From a virus, in IMG/VR virus record IMGVR_UViG_3300045988_061221: a stretch of DNA of 36,478 nt, one strand, 5' to 3'. Below are positions 24,482 to 33,656 of this stretch, one piece after another (positions within the stretch are counted from its first letter, which is position 1; every line of letters starts with the position of its first letter). A program made the position numbers and the translations under genes. Below the pieces are notes generated by a model. That model saw only the letters and a list, made by a program, of their open reading frames with translations, made no database searches and had not been told where the DNA came from.

Positions 24482-24864
24482 AGCATTTCCACCTCGATGT
24501 AAATACCCGGAACATCCGCCCAAAACTTTTCGCATATCTCACTTGCGACAAGTGCGTCATCAGACCAAAAGCCGAGAGCGGTCATACAGTCTTTTAGCAT
24601 TTTTTGCAGATTGTCCGTGTCAGGTTTTGTTATACGATATTCGCCGTCTTGATGTTTACCACGAGGAAAGCACCACTTTGTTATCAACCTGACAGCCGAC
24701 TCGTACGGTTCTGACGGTTTAAACTTTGCTAAATGTGACGTGAGCTTTTCTCTTGCCTGTTTCACCTCGGGCGGATTGTAAAAAACAGGTTTGCCGTTTT
24801 TTACCATAACCTTATGTTCCTGTGCAGTTACGGTCGGCGGTATCATCGCCATAAAAAAATCCAT
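24478..24864 (-). CDS. rusA: RusA-family Holliday junction resolvase
   Basis: KPDTDNLQKMLKDCMTALGFWSDDALV matches the RusA catalytic Asp block. Confidence 0.85.
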   Translation of the reverse strand: MDFFMAMIPPTVTAQEHKVMVKNGKPVFYNPPEVKQAREKLTSHLAKFKPSEPYESAVRLITKWCFPRGKHQDGEYRITKPDTDNLQKMLKDCMTALGFWSDDALVASEICEKFWADVPGIYIEVEML

Positions 24865-24924
24865 TTTTATATTTCACTCCTTTAAAGCATTAAAGCTACT
24901 TTTAATTTTTGAATTTTGCTTTTA

Positions 24925-25180
24925 GTCACAGGTCAGGGGAAGGAGTTGTTGTGCGTAAGCTTCGCACAACTACTTCACCCCTGTGACCTTTAGGGAACGG
25001 ACACCGTTTATATATACGTAGTATATATACTTTTTCTTTCCCTCGGAAAATCTCGAGAAAAAAGTCATTTTCCGTCATTTTTAGAAAAGGAAAATCTCGG
25101 GAAATTTTCCCTATTTTCCCTCACGGAAAGAGAAAATCTCGATAAAATTTTCCTTCCAAATTTGACGGAAAGGGAAAATT
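24925..25180. other. Putative origin of replication (hairpin, AT-rich palindrome, iterons)
   Basis: Long imperfect hairpin at 24925-24987. Palindrome TATATATAC-gta-GTATATATA at 25009-25029. GAAAATCTCG x3 plus many GGAAAA/TTTTCC motifs. Confidence 0.55.
25045..25141 (+). repeat. Iteron-like direct repeats (G)GAAAATCTCG x3
   Basis: Copies at 25045-25055, 25089-25099 and 25131-25141, with 44- and 42-bp spacing. Confidence 0.65.
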
Positions 25181-27390
25181 TATTCGACTTTTTCCTTTTC
25201 CTTTAATCCTGTTTTACCGCCGTCAATCCAAAATCCGCCGTGTTCTTTTAGTCGATTTCGGACTGTTTTTTCGGTAACTCCAAGATATGTAGCAATGTCA
25301 TTTATATCTGCCTGACCGTTATTCTCTTCTGCCGTAAAGGCTGTCATAAGAGATTCCATGCGTCCTTTTTTGTTTTCCGATTTAGTATTTTTCTTACCGA
25401 AATTCTTCTTATAAGGCGGGTCAAAATCGCCCTCAAAATTACAGTCCTTCAACACACCTGTTGCGTCCGATTTGTGAATCGGATAATCAAACCAAAGGTT
25501 AAGTGCATCAAATGCCGGAAACTCTCGCAGAGTACCCTCTATTCTCCACGCTGACATCCCTTTTACGGTTTTTTCGGCACGGGCAACATCTGACATCATC
25601 AGTTTAAAAGACTGTTCAGGAAGCGTTTTGCGTGCGATGTCAATCATATTATTTGCCATTACCAAATCATCCTGCGAACACACTTCACTGATTTTGTTGA
25701 AGCGACCTATCCAGTCTTTGCAGATTTTACAGGTTCTTTCATCCTTTTGCTGTTTCATCAAATCTTCGCTGATTTCAAGCCTTGTAAGGTCAAGGAGTGC
25801 ATCGGGGTCACGAGCGAAAACACCCGAGCCCGAAACTCTGTCCATTGACTTTTTACCGCCCTGAGCACCTTTTGAATGGTGGTGACAGTAGATTACCGCA
25901 CAACCGATTTCGGTACACACCTTATCAAACTGGTTGCAAAAGTGGGCCATTTGGTCAGCACTGTTCTCATCACCTGTGATAACCTTGTATATCGGGTCAA
26001 TCACAACAGCTATAAAGTTGCCTTTTAAAGCTCTGCGTATGAGCATAGGCGCTAACTTATCCATAGGCACGGACTTGCCACGCAAGTTCCAAATATCAAT
26101 TCTGTTTAAGTTTTTTGGTTCAAGTCCTAATGCTTCATATACATCCTTGAATCTGTGAAAACAGGACGCACGGTCAAGTTCAAGGTTCACATACAAAACA
26201 TTGCCCTGCGCACACTTAAAGCCGAACCATTCTGTTCCCTCGGCAATTGCAATACACAATTCAATCAGCCCGAACGATTTGCCGGCTTTAGAAGGTCCGC
26301 CGAGGAGCATTTTATGTCCCTGTCGCAATACTCCCTCAATCAGAGGCGGAGCAAGTTCAGGAGGATTTTCAAAAAAATCTGCGAGGTTCTCAAGATCGGG
26401 CAAGTCATCGTTAATGCTCTCCACCCAGTCTTTCCACTCGGCAAAGTCGGATTTACCGATATTGGTGTCAATGATAAACTGCTTTTTGCCGTTACGGATA
26501 ACACCGGGCATACGGCTCAGCCTTGACGGATTGCGGTTCTGCTTGTCGATTTCAAAGCCGTTCTTATTGCACACATTGTAGAGATAATCAACTCTTTTGC
26601 GGTATTCGTCATAGTTTGCGGCATCAATCTTAACAATAGCGTGGACTGATTTTCCGCCCGAATAAACAAGCACCGCAACAGGCAGCTCAAGCTCTCTGAT
26701 GATTGCATTTTGTTCTTCAAGAGCCATACAGTCAGATTCCACCAGAGCGTAACGATAATCGGTTACATTCTCGTTTTTAACACCCTTACCGTCCAATGGA
26801 TTAAACCTTATCCACGCTCCTGCCTCGGGTTTGTAATCGCCGAATACATTTGAAATATCACCGTCACAATTGTTGAGGGCGGCAATAAGCTCACCTGCCG
26901 TACGGTCACAACTGCCCTTTGTAGGCAGATATTTAACCTTGCCGTTATCGTTCTTCTCCCAAGTTTCGGTTACATAGCCGACATTTTCGGAGCTGTCAAA
27001 GAGGGTTTCAAGGTAGGTTACAATTTCATTCACAGGATTCCAGTTTGCAGGCTCGTGAAACTTTACACCCTCACAGGCTGTTACTCCAATATCGCCCTGT
27101 TCAAAAGCAATTTCGTCATTCCAGCCGAGTTCTTTCGATTCACGAAAAGTCATCCCCCTGTCTTTAGCCATTTGGATTATCGTGCCTGCTGTGACAGGTG
27201 AAGCAGAGCCGTTAAAGCTCTGCCATTTCTTTTCGCACTCACCGTTGTGATAGCGGTTGTCTGCTCTGCTCCAATCGTCCCAGTCTTTTACGCTGTATCC
27301 CTCTTGTTTGAGTGCCATTCCGACATTTACCCAGTCTTGGTAGTCAAGCTCTGACGGACTGATGTATTCAAGTGCATTAAGTAAGTCCAA
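25180..27390 (-). CDS. Primase-polymerase / RepA-like (AAA_25) helicase fusion with C-terminal HTH
   Basis: Central prim-pol-like block VLVYSGGKSVHAIV, P-loop GGPSKAGKS, and a C-terminal IATYLGVTEKTVRNRL. TTG-27390 follows GAGGTGA. Confidence 0.8.
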   Translation of the reverse strand: MDLLNALEYISPSELDYQDWVNVGMALKQEGYSVKDWDDWSRADNRYHNGECEKKWQSFNGSASPVTAGTIIQMAKDRGMTFRESKELGWNDEIAFEQGDIGVTACEGVKFHEPANWNPVNEIVTYLETLFDSSENVGYVTETWEKNDNGKVKYLPTKGSCDRTAGELIAALNNCDGDISNVFGDYKPEAGAWIRFNPLDGKGVKNENVTDYRYALVESDCMALEEQNAIIRELELPVAVLVYSGGKSVHAIVKIDAANYDEYRKRVDYLYNVCNKNGFEIDKQNRNPSRLSRMPGVIRNGKKQFIIDTNIGKSDFAEWKDWVESINDDLPDLENLADFFENPPELAPPLIEGVLRQGHKMLLGGPSKAGKSFGLIELCIAIAEGTEWFGFKCAQGNVLYVNLELDRASCFHRFKDVYEALGLEPKNLNRIDIWNLRGKSVPMDKLAPMLIRRALKGNFIAVVIDPIYKVITGDENSADQMAHFCNQFDKVCTEIGCAVIYCHHHSKGAQGGKKSMDRVSGSGVFARDPDALLDLTRLEISEDLMKQQKDERTCKICKDWIGRFNKISEVCSQDDLVMANNMIDIARKTLPEQSFKLMMSDVARAEKTVKGMSAWRIEGTLREFPAFDALNLWFDYPIHKSDATGVLKDCNFEGDFDPPYKKNFGKKNTKSENKKGRMESLMTAFTAEENNGQADINDIATYLGVTEKTVRNRLKEHGGFWIDGGKTGLKEKEKVE

Positions 27391-28987
27391 CCGTATTCAC
27401 CTCGCTTTGCGGTACATATGTTTTCGGGTTAATGTTTTTCGGAGTTCTCCAACCGTTTGCGGCAATCCTTGAAATCAAAGCTGACGCTTCGTCAAACTGC
27501 CATTTGCCCACGTGCTGAAAACCTCTGCTTTCAAGCATACGGATTTGTTTAGGTGTGGTTAAGCCCTCAATTCTTCGCTTTTCGAGCCTGTCAAGAATAA
27601 GTTTTGCTTTGCCGGCACTCTGAATTTCATCGGGGAATATTCCGAGCTTTTCAAGTTTTGCTTTCTGTTTGTCTGTAGGCGGAGAACACTCCCAGCCGAA
27701 TGCAGGAACATATCCTGCAAGGTCCTGCGCCTGAATTGACATTTCGTACTGCAACGGATCTACAAGTTTGCGTTTGCGTGTTCGCATTTCCGCAAGCTGA
27801 TTTGCAAGCGCTTCTTCACGCTGAGCAACAACATCTTCACTTGCTTTTTCCTCCGCTTCTTCAATGTCAATCGGACAGCCTGCCTGTTCCGATAAGTTTT
27901 CGGTCATCTTTTGTGCGACCTCTTCGTTATCGCAAATGAGATGTGCAGGTCTGCAAAGTTCGTGCCTTTCTGTGTGCCACAAAAAGTCGAGTAGCAAAAG
28001 CTCCGTCTTGTTTGGTGCAAGCCTTGTTCCTCTGCCGACCATTTGGCAGTAAAGCCCACGCACCTTTGTAGGTCTTAAAACGACAACGCAGTCAACACTT
28101 GGGCAGTCCCAACCCTCGGTTAAAAGCATTGAGTTGCACAGCACGTTGTACTTATCATTTTCAAAATCCTGCAATACTTCCGCTCTGTCTTCGCTGTTAC
28201 CGTTGACCTCTGCCGCTTTAAAGCCTTTTTCGTTCAAAATGTCTTTAAATTTCTGCGATGTTTTTACAAGTGGTAAAAACACAACAGTTTTACGGTTCTT
28301 ACAGTATTTTTTCATTTCTTCGGCAATCTGATAAAGATACGGATCAAGTGCCGTGTCAATATCACTTGCTTTAAAATCTCCTGCCTGTGTGGCAACTCCC
28401 GAAAGGTCAAGTGTAAGCGGTATTGTCACAGCTTTAATCGGTGACAGATATCCCTCTTTGATAGCCTTAGGGAGCGTGTACTCATACGCAAGCGAATCAA
28501 ATACTGTTCCTAAATTTTTCATATCTCCTCGGTCGGGTGTTGCGGTAACACCCAACACTTTTGCATTGTCAAAATGCTCAAGCACACGCTGATAGCTGTC
28601 GCTGATTGAGTGATGTGCTTCATCAATAATGATTGTGTCGAAATAATCGCTGTCAAAGTTTGACAGCCTTTTCTCACGCATAAGCGTCTGTACAGAGCCT
28701 ACAACAACCCTGTTCCACGAACCTATGCAACTTTGCTCGGCTTTTTCAACCGACGAATTAAGTCCTGTTGCTTTTTGGATTTTGTCCGCCGCTTGGTCGA
28801 GCAATTCTCCACGGTGGGCAAGTATCAGCACCCTGTCACCTCGACGGACACATTCTTCGGTGATTTTTGCAAAAACTATCGTCTTGCCACAGCCTGTAGG
28901 CAAGACAAGTAATGTTTTTAAATTGCCGCTTTCCCACTCGGAGAAAACGGCATTCTTCGCTTCATTCTGATACGGTCGTAACTGCAT
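27377..28987 (-). CDS. SF2 DEAD/DEAH-box helicase
   Basis: Motif I LPTGCGKT, motif II DEAH, and motifs III/VI (TATP, GRGTR). Confidence 0.9.
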   Translation of the reverse strand: MQLRPYQNEAKNAVFSEWESGNLKTLLVLPTGCGKTIVFAKITEECVRRGDRVLILAHRGELLDQAADKIQKATGLNSSVEKAEQSCIGSWNRVVVGSVQTLMREKRLSNFDSDYFDTIIIDEAHHSISDSYQRVLEHFDNAKVLGVTATPDRGDMKNLGTVFDSLAYEYTLPKAIKEGYLSPIKAVTIPLTLDLSGVATQAGDFKASDIDTALDPYLYQIAEEMKKYCKNRKTVVFLPLVKTSQKFKDILNEKGFKAAEVNGNSEDRAEVLQDFENDKYNVLCNSMLLTEGWDCPSVDCVVVLRPTKVRGLYCQMVGRGTRLAPNKTELLLLDFLWHTERHELCRPAHLICDNEEVAQKMTENLSEQAGCPIDIEEAEEKASEDVVAQREEALANQLAEMRTRKRKLVDPLQYEMSIQAQDLAGYVPAFGWECSPPTDKQKAKLEKLGIFPDEIQSAGKAKLILDRLEKRRIEGLTTPKQIRMLESRGFQHVGKWQFDEASALISRIAANGWRTPKNINPKTYVPQSEVNTVGLT

Positions 28988-29538
28988 TAAAAGCTACCCG
29001 GTGTCCAGTTATTCGGCATCGCAGTATTTGGCGTTGCAGGCTGTGTGTTATACTGTGGCGGATATGTAGGCTGTACATACTGCTGAGGTGCAGGCTGTGC
29101 TACGGCAGGAGATACCGTTGTCACCTGCTCATCGTAGGCATAAAAATACTTGATGTCATTTGTTACGCCCTCTGTACCGTCATTCTTGACATATTTGCGT
29201 ATGATAACCTGACATTTACCTTTCTTGCCGATAATGCCTGTCCAGTCCATACGGAGCGGTTCGCCGTGCTTTTTCATTGACACGGACAAAAAGAGCTGTG
29301 ACAGCTTCCATTCAAGCGAGGAGTGCAGTACGAAATTAACTGTAATTTCTCGCTTGTCATCTGCTCCCCACACATCAAAAGTCACCTTTGCCATATTGCA
29401 CGGCGGCAGTTTGCCTTTACCCTGTGAGCGAGCACGCTCAACCTTTGCTACTGTAAAATCATAATCATCCTCGGGGAGCGGTTCATAATTTCCGCCCTCT
29501 TCGGTTATTTCGTCGTTCCAACCAAATTCTCTATCCAT
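28987..29538 (-). CDS. DUF669-like protein (phage SSB-like accessory)
   Basis: The N-terminus EFGWNDEI...YEPLPEDDYDFTV is typical of DUF669. Located between the AAA_24 ATPase and the helicase. Confidence 0.7.
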   Translation of the reverse strand: MDREFGWNDEITEEGGNYEPLPEDDYDFTVAKVERARSQGKGKLPPCNMAKVTFDVWGADDKREITVNFVLHSSLEWKLSQLFLSVSMKKHGEPLRMDWTGIIGKKGKCQVIIRKYVKNDGTEGVTNDIKYFYAYDEQVTTVSPAVAQPAPQQYVQPTYPPQYNTQPATPNTAMPNNWTPGSF

Positions 29539-29558
29539 TTATACATCTTCCTTTCTTA

Positions 29559-30659
29559 TTAAAACGGTAAGTCACGGTTGCTCTGTATCACTTCGAATAC
29601 CTTATTCCACGCTCCCACAAGGCAACCGTTAATAAATCGTGGGTCATAGTTTGTGATTGGTGTATCGTAAGGGTAGTGTCCCTGTGTAAACACCGCCTGT
29701 CTGATTTCGCTTTCATCAACACCGTTAGCTCTCATAAGGTCGGCAAGAGCTTTTGGTATGCCCTCGGGAATATTGACAGATTTATCATTCTGTATCTGAG
29801 GTGTTGACAGCGGAACAGGCTCGGGAACTTTTTCAATCTGCGTAGGTTGTGGCACAGGCTGTGTCGCAGGCTCTGCCTTAGGTGGTTGAGGTATCGGATT
29901 CTGCGAAACAGGACCGTTATTTACAGGTGCAACATCATTAAAAATATGGGCAATGCCTGCATAGCTAAAATCCATTTCTTCGGGCAGTCCGTGACGATTC
30001 TTTGCGTCCCAACAGGGATGATGAAGCGTGTGCATTACTCTCCCTCCGCCCTGCGCTTTGTACTTTCTGCCGTCTTTGTCGGTTGCTACCGCTACTGTTT
30101 TATAGTTTGCGAAAAGCACCATATCCGCCCATTCTTTTACAAGCGGAGAAATCTGTGAAGCAGTCTTTTTGCCGAGTTTAAGCTCCCAACGGTCATATTC
30201 ACCGATTTCATCAGGCTGTGAAAACTTGCGGAGCTGTGCGTGTGCGGTGAGCACAACATTGATACCTCTGTCAATCAAATCTTCAAGGCTGTTCAAAAAT
30301 CTGCCGAACTCCTCTTTTTCGTAAACATATCCGTTTCCGTAACCGAAATCCTCAATACCTTTTTTGCCGTACTTTGAGCAAATATCATCAATACAAAGCT
30401 GTTCTGCCCAGTCGATTGTGTCAATAACAACCGTCTTGCATACAGTCGGATTGCTTTTGATATATTCAAGCTGACTTTTGAGCATAGTCCACGATGTCGG
30501 CTTATCCATTCTCGCAACATCAAGGTTTTTTGTGCTGCCCTCCGTGTCGATAAACAGAGGGTTCGGAAACTGCGAAGCAAAAGTTGACTTGCCGATACCC
30601 TCGGGACCGTAAATTACAACCTTTTGAGCCGACTTGATTTTACCTCTTGTAATGTTCAT
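29559..30659 (-). CDS. AAA_24 (Sak4-like) ATPase with P/Q-rich linker, extra C-terminal domain and DLPF tail
   Basis: Walker A motif YGPEGIGKST with a FIDTEG block. The protein ends in ...SNRDLPF. Confidence 0.85.
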   Translation of the reverse strand: MNITRGKIKSAQKVVIYGPEGIGKSTFASQFPNPLFIDTEGSTKNLDVARMDKPTSWTMLKSQLEYIKSNPTVCKTVVIDTIDWAEQLCIDDICSKYGKKGIEDFGYGNGYVYEKEEFGRFLNSLEDLIDRGINVVLTAHAQLRKFSQPDEIGEYDRWELKLGKKTASQISPLVKEWADMVLFANYKTVAVATDKDGRKYKAQGGGRVMHTLHHPCWDAKNRHGLPEEMDFSYAGIAHIFNDVAPVNNGPVSQNPIPQPPKAEPATQPVPQPTQIEKVPEPVPLSTPQIQNDKSVNIPEGIPKALADLMRANGVDESEIRQAVFTQGHYPYDTPITNYDPRFINGCLVGAWNKVFEVIQSNRDLPF

Positions 30660-30929
30660 TTATCTTACCCCCTGTACATCTGAAAAATTGATTTTATTGC
30701 CGTCAACATCAATGACAACATAGTCGATTGCGTAGTTGAGCAGTTCGTTTGTCAGATCCTGTATTGACTTGCCTGTCATACCTGCAATCAAAACAATTCT
30801 TGAATAGTTTTCAGGCATAATCTTGACCTTGGTATAACCGCAGGCAAGCTCTCTGTGCGGATTGCATTTGATTACACATTCGTTTGTATTTGTTTTTGCT
30901 GTTGTTTTAGCTGTAGTTCTTGTAGCCAT
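30660..30929 (-). CDS. Hypothetical protein (89 aa)
   Basis: ATG-30929 follows GGAGAG. Packed between the two ATPase genes. Confidence 0.5.
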   Translation of the reverse strand: MATRTTAKTTAKTNTNECVIKCNPHRELACGYTKVKIMPENYSRIVLIAGMTGKSIQDLTNELLNYAIDYVVIDVDGNKINFSDVQGVR

Positions 30930-30931
30930 AA

Positions 30932-32221
30932 TTAAAACTCTCCTTCTGTCCAAGTCGGTGTTGTAACAGGTGCGGTTGTTTCGGACTTAATATAACCGTC
31001 CTCAATGATAATTGAACATTCATCACCGTTTGAAACTCTTGTTGCAATAGCCTGCAGTCCCTCTGATTCAAGCCATTTTGCAAAGTCTTTGAGTGTGTCG
31101 GTGTCCATTTGTTCGAGCTTGTCAAGCAAGACAAATCCGCATTCGGGATTGAGTTTGCGTACAATTGCCGTAGCGACACGAAGCTGTTCAGAACCGCTCA
31201 TATTGTCCCACTTAAAACCGTTATATGTAAGCTCGCCCTTTTCAACCGATAAGCCGTCAAGGGGTAAATTTGCGTTGTTGAGCAAGTCATATTTTGTTTT
31301 GCGGATTTCTTCAAGCTGTGCTGTCATATCGGCGTACTTGCCGTAATATTCCTTTGCGTCCTCATCAGCTTTCGCTTTATCGAGGTTGGCTCTGACTTTG
31401 CGGTTAATTTCGTCAATCTCGGTAATGTTTCTTTCAAGCTCTGCCGTGCTTTCATCGTGCAGTTCGGCAACGGTCTTTCTGCTCTGTTCAAGCTGTGCAA
31501 GCACTTTTGTAAGTTCGGAATTGTATTTTCTCAAATCCTCGTTAAGCCTGTTGATTTCGCTCTGCAAATTGTTGGCACGGATTTCAAGGTTATCTTTTTC
31601 TGCTCTCAGACGGTTATTTTCACCGTTGCGTGCAAGAATTTCCTGCTGTTTATTGATAAGTTCAGAGGCTGATACAGGTTCATTCGGCACGCCTTCGTAT
31701 TCGGGCATTTCGGCGGCAAACTTTTTCTTTTGGTCTGCAATCTGACCGATAGCACGACGCTCGTTATACACCTGTGTTTCCTGCGTTTCAAGTTCATAAA
31801 CTCTGTTGCCTACACCGATAATCTGCAGGAGCGTGTCAGCCTTTTCCTTGCCGGTTGCATTCATAAATTTCGGCAGGTCAAGAGCAAAGTTACTGACAAA
31901 TGCGTCAAGCAAAGCCTGTCCGCCTTTGTTGCCTGCGGTGTCAATTACTTTAAGACTGCTGTTCTTACCGCTACGCTCCACAACAATACCGTTTGAGAGC
32001 TTGATTTTAAGATGTGGCGGAATCGTTGAACCCTCACGGTACGGAGCAGACGGAGCGAAACGATTACCGCCGAGAGCCCACGCAATTGCGTCAAGAACAG
32101 ATGTCTTGCCCTGTCCGTTTTTACCGCCCAACACGGTAAGTCCGTTTTCGGTCGGTTCATAAGCAACCGCCTTTACTCTTTTTACATTTTCGATTTCAAA
32201 AGCTGATATTTTTACTGACAT
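30932..32221 (-). CDS. SMC/RecF-like ATPase (AAA_23)
   Basis: Walker A motif GGKNGQGKTS, a long coiled-coil, and a C-terminal signature/Walker B region (SGSEQ...VLLDKLE). ATG-32221 follows AAGGAGG. Confidence 0.8.
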   Translation of the reverse strand: MSVKISAFEIENVKRVKAVAYEPTENGLTVLGGKNGQGKTSVLDAIAWALGGNRFAPSAPYREGSTIPPHLKIKLSNGIVVERSGKNSSLKVIDTAGNKGGQALLDAFVSNFALDLPKFMNATGKEKADTLLQIIGVGNRVYELETQETQVYNERRAIGQIADQKKKFAAEMPEYEGVPNEPVSASELINKQQEILARNGENNRLRAEKDNLEIRANNLQSEINRLNEDLRKYNSELTKVLAQLEQSRKTVAELHDESTAELERNITEIDEINRKVRANLDKAKADEDAKEYYGKYADMTAQLEEIRKTKYDLLNNANLPLDGLSVEKGELTYNGFKWDNMSGSEQLRVATAIVRKLNPECGFVLLDKLEQMDTDTLKDFAKWLESEGLQAIATRVSNGDECSIIIEDGYIKSETTAPVTTPTWTEGEF

Positions 32222-32334
32222 ATTAAAGTCCTCCTTGACAATTCGCTTAAAATTGTCTATCATTTAATTAAGGTATTTTTCTTTGTCCGTTGAGGCTTTG
32301 CAGAGCTTCAGCGGATTTTTCTTTGCAATTGCAA

Positions 32335-33423
32335 TTAATATTTAACATTGATATAATCCAACACCCTTGCCCAGCCGTATCTTTCGCCTGTTTTATCATC
32401 TGTGCAGCAGTTATACATCCAATACTCCCACTCTTTAGGATTTCGCTCTTTAAGTAAGTCAAATCTATGAGGGCGCTTTTCCAAGTGCAAACCAAATCCG
32501 CACATTGAGCAACCTGTTCTTTGAGCTTTGGTTGTGTACAAAGTACCATCTTCTTGCCTCTCGATTTTTCCATATATTTCGGGAACAGGAACATTTAAAT
32601 CAAGAGCAAGTTGCAAAATGTCCTGTCTGTTAAAAATCGCAAATGGTGCTGATCTGATTGTAGATTTACCAAAATAATTACAACCATTTATCATTAAGGA
32701 TTTGGCTCTTCTTCCGCCTTCGGAAGCCATCAAGCCAAGATAAGGCACGCTGTTATGTTCTTTTGCCCAAGTGTCACAAGGCTTTTCTTTTAGATAATAG
32801 CAGCATTTTGATGACACTTTGAAATTTGGAATTTGATAATTTGTACCCTCTTCATTGTTCGCATAACCGCCGAACTTTTCAAGCCATTTTTGCGACATTT
32901 TCATACGACTGTTTTTTTGATAACCGCCATAGGCCCCTGTTTCGCCTGTTACAATAGCGTGTCGAACAGTTTTGTTTTTTTCTGTCGGATTTGCAAGTAA
33001 TTCAATCTTGGCGGCAATTTCTTTTGATAAGACAGGAAATCCAAACTCCTGAATTATATCCTGTTTAGTCCAGCGGTGTTCTTTTCCTGCACTGTCAATA
33101 TACCGAACTGATGGCTTTAACCTTTCAATTCCGAGCTCTTTATGTATTTTTTGTATGCTTGAATCTTCAAGGTAAGAAACGCTGATTCCCGGGGCACGGA
33201 TTCCAATCGACTTTAAAAAGATAAATAATGTAATGCTATCAAGACCGCCGACCGAAACGTGATAGTTTAATTCTCGTCTATCGCATTCTTCGGCAAATTC
33301 TCTCGCTCTGATAGTTGCATACTTAACTTTAAATTCATAATCCTGTTTTTGCTTAACAATGAAATCAGAGATTTTTCTCTGTCCGTCAATTCTTTCCATT
33401 CGTTCAAAAACATTTTCTTTCAT
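32335..33423 (-). CDS. PAPS-reductase-family ATP pyrophosphatase (DndC/IbrA-like) with CC...CxxC cluster motif
   Basis: PP-loop SVGGLDS. KCCYYLKEKP and GCSMCG resemble the Fe-S motifs of APS reductase/DndC. ATG-33423 follows GGGGGTGA. Confidence 0.8.
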   Translation of the reverse strand: MKENVFERMERIDGQRKISDFIVKQKQDYEFKVKYATIRAREFAEECDRRELNYHVSVGGLDSITLFIFLKSIGIRAPGISVSYLEDSSIQKIHKELGIERLKPSVRYIDSAGKEHRWTKQDIIQEFGFPVLSKEIAAKIELLANPTEKNKTVRHAIVTGETGAYGGYQKNSRMKMSQKWLEKFGGYANNEEGTNYQIPNFKVSSKCCYYLKEKPCDTWAKEHNSVPYLGLMASEGGRRAKSLMINGCNYFGKSTIRSAPFAIFNRQDILQLALDLNVPVPEIYGKIERQEDGTLYTTKAQRTGCSMCGFGLHLEKRPHRFDLLKERNPKEWEYWMYNCCTDDKTGERYGWARVLDYINVKY

Positions 33424-33656
33424 TTCTTCACCCCCACACATTCAAAGCCGATTGTTTCGGGTTCTGATGATTCATAGGCTTTGAGCTTATTGCGAAGTGT
33501 ACGGTTTTCGTTGCGATAACCGCTTGATGTCACCAGTTCAAGGGCGAGGTCTGCCCTTGCGTTTCTCAGCTCAATGCTGAGATGTCTGTTCTCTGCTCTG
33601 AGGCTCTCATTCTCCTTAAGCAGTTTTCTGCGTGTAAGTAAATCTTTAAATGCCAT
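33420..33656 (-). CDS. Hypothetical coiled-coil protein (78 aa)
   Basis: Packed ORF with an ATGA overlap with the next gene. Confidence 0.45.
   Translation of the reverse strand: MAFKDLLTRRKLLKENESLRAENRHLSIELRNARADLALELVTSSGYRNENRTLRNKLKAYESSEPETIGFECVGVKK

Noticed and set aside
25040-25180. Repeat cluster considered as a CRISPR array
   Set aside because: The repeats are only ~10-11 nt, are imperfect outside the core, lack spacers of uniform length, and sit beside replication genes. They fit iterons.
26155-26581. Two overlapping plus-strand ORFs of 123 and 126 aa
   Set aside because: Both are antisense to the primase-helicase P-loop region and neither has an SD.
32322-32333. TTGCAATTGCAA palindrome just after the PAPS-reductase stop, considered as another operator
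   Set aside because: It shares only the TTGCA(A) half-site and lacks the N4 spacing of the four switch-region sites. No promoter is recognisable nearby.
32268-32594. 108-aa minus-strand ORF
   Set aside because: It overlaps the 3' end of the PAPS-reductase gene out of frame. The alternative frame contains the conserved GCSMCG region.
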